IMG/VR virus record: IMGVR_UViG_3300042888_001115
Coordinates: 75,067 to 100,044 of that record
DNA length: 24,978 nt
Direction: 5' to 3' (one strand)
Origin: a virus
Taxonomy: Duplodnaviria; Heunggongvirae; Uroviricota; Caudoviricetes
Below, piece after piece: positions 24,447 to 24,978 of this stretch. Made by a program: the position numbers and the translations under genes. The notes under the pieces were generated by a model, which ran no database searches, had not been told where the DNA came from, and worked only from the letters and a program-made list of their open reading frames with translations. The stretch's first letter is position 1. The number at the start of each line of letters is the position of its first letter.

Positions 24447-24978
24447 AGATTCAAATTTAATGTTAAAGAAATTGTTCGTTCGTTGTTTGTTTTTATCAAA
24501 TTTCGGTTTTGTAACTTTTGATAATAGATTGATGGTTGACCTAACACATCACCTATTGCCAATTTTATTTCACCTTTATTTAATTTATGTAAAAGGGTAA
24601 CATCCAATACATCTCTGCTGTTTTCAAAAATGTCTGGATAACCCTGAAATCCTATTGCTGATATTCTATCTCCTACTCTATTGTAAGTTATGTTAAGTGT
24701 GTTTTTCTTTTTATGTATATTCACGCCACCATTTAATACATAGTTTGATTGTCCTTGTAATTGTCTTTTAACTCCTTTCACGTTTACTTCCGAATTCATT
24801 ACCGAAGCGTTTGTATAAAAATCAAACCATTCAGTTACCTTTTTACGAAATTCTAATTCAACACCATAAAGATATGCGTTATCAGGATTTGAGTAAGTTA
24901 ATAATAAGTTTGATGGAACTGAACCATCAGCTACTACTTGCTCAATTGGTTTTATGAAGTTCTTACCAAATAGGGATA
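24443..24978 (-). CDS. TonB-dependent outer-membrane receptor, C-terminal part (runs off the window edge)
   Basis: Frame stays open from 24799 to the window end (hand translation SLFGKNFIKPIEQ...TYSNPDNAYLYGVELEFRK...RQLQGQS...SRDVLD...TISLTLNLNL); typical TBDR barrel C-terminus. Confidence 0.85.
   Translation of the reverse strand, partial: SLFGKNFIKPIEQVVADGSVPSNLLLTYSNPDNAYLYGVELEFRKKVTEWFDFYTNASVMNSEVNVKGVKRQLQGQSNYVLNGGVNIHKKKNTLNITYNRVGDRISAIGFQGYPDIFENSRDVLDVTLLHKLNKGEIKLAIGDVLGQPSIYYQKLQNRNLIKTNNERTISLTLNLNL

Noticed and set aside
34-24600. All other + strand ORFs in the track
   Set aside because: Each is antisense to a better-supported minus-strand gene and has no recognisable motif; the promoters and terminators found all point to the minus strand
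24443-24799. 118-aa ORF called with a start at 24799
   Set aside because: The frame is open to the window edge, so this Met is internal to a longer TonB-dependent receptor; it is not a pseudogene or small gene
1-24978. Stop-codon reassignment, as found in some large and crAss-like phages
   Set aside because: TAA, TGA and TAG all terminate full-length genes, and coding density is high under code 11
1-24978. tRNA, rRNA, CRISPR array, integrase/transposase or intron
   Set aside because: Intergenic gaps are mostly under 75 nt; I saw no T-loop/cloverleaf, no spaced direct repeats and no recombinase motifs. The Cas4-like gene has no array or other cas genes here

Overview
A very AT-rich (roughly 28-30% GC, judged by eye), densely coding 25 kb segment. 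All ~40 credible genes lie on the minus strand, many joined by ATGA-type overlaps, and standard code 11 fits. There are no core housekeeping genes, tRNAs, rRNAs or CRISPR arrays. The content points to a large (T4-like/jumbo) bacteriophage of a Bacteroidota host: a gp2-like DNA end protector, a DUF5856 Dps-like protein, a DUF3008-led modular protein, an HTH-HNH protein, a Cas4/RecB-like nuclease, DUF4494, an Hc1-like protein, mostly SD-less A-rich starts and five TTTG-N20-TAnnTTTG-like promoters. Family calls come from motif recognition, not database searches. In transcription order (right to left) the window carries: (1) a TonB-dependent receptor (partial) and a beta-helix lipoprotein; (2) a CsgG-like / FeoA-like / beta-barrel / repeat-stalk envelope operon; (3) a PD-(D/E)XK nuclease, an RHH regulator and a five-glycosyltransferase cluster; (4) a modular protein with putative prohead-protease junctions, a Dps-like protein and proteins sharing an MIxLK(D/N)LL(N)E leader; (5) SGNH and sulfotransferase-like genes; (6) an Hc1-like protein, a secreted nuclease, an apparently nuclease-dead HNH, and a HAD / heptose adenylyltransferase / cupin / ferredoxin operon. 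The best candidates for novelty are the phage-borne outer-membrane secretion/uptake module and an apparent Glu-cleaved head-cargo (leader plus polyprotein) system.
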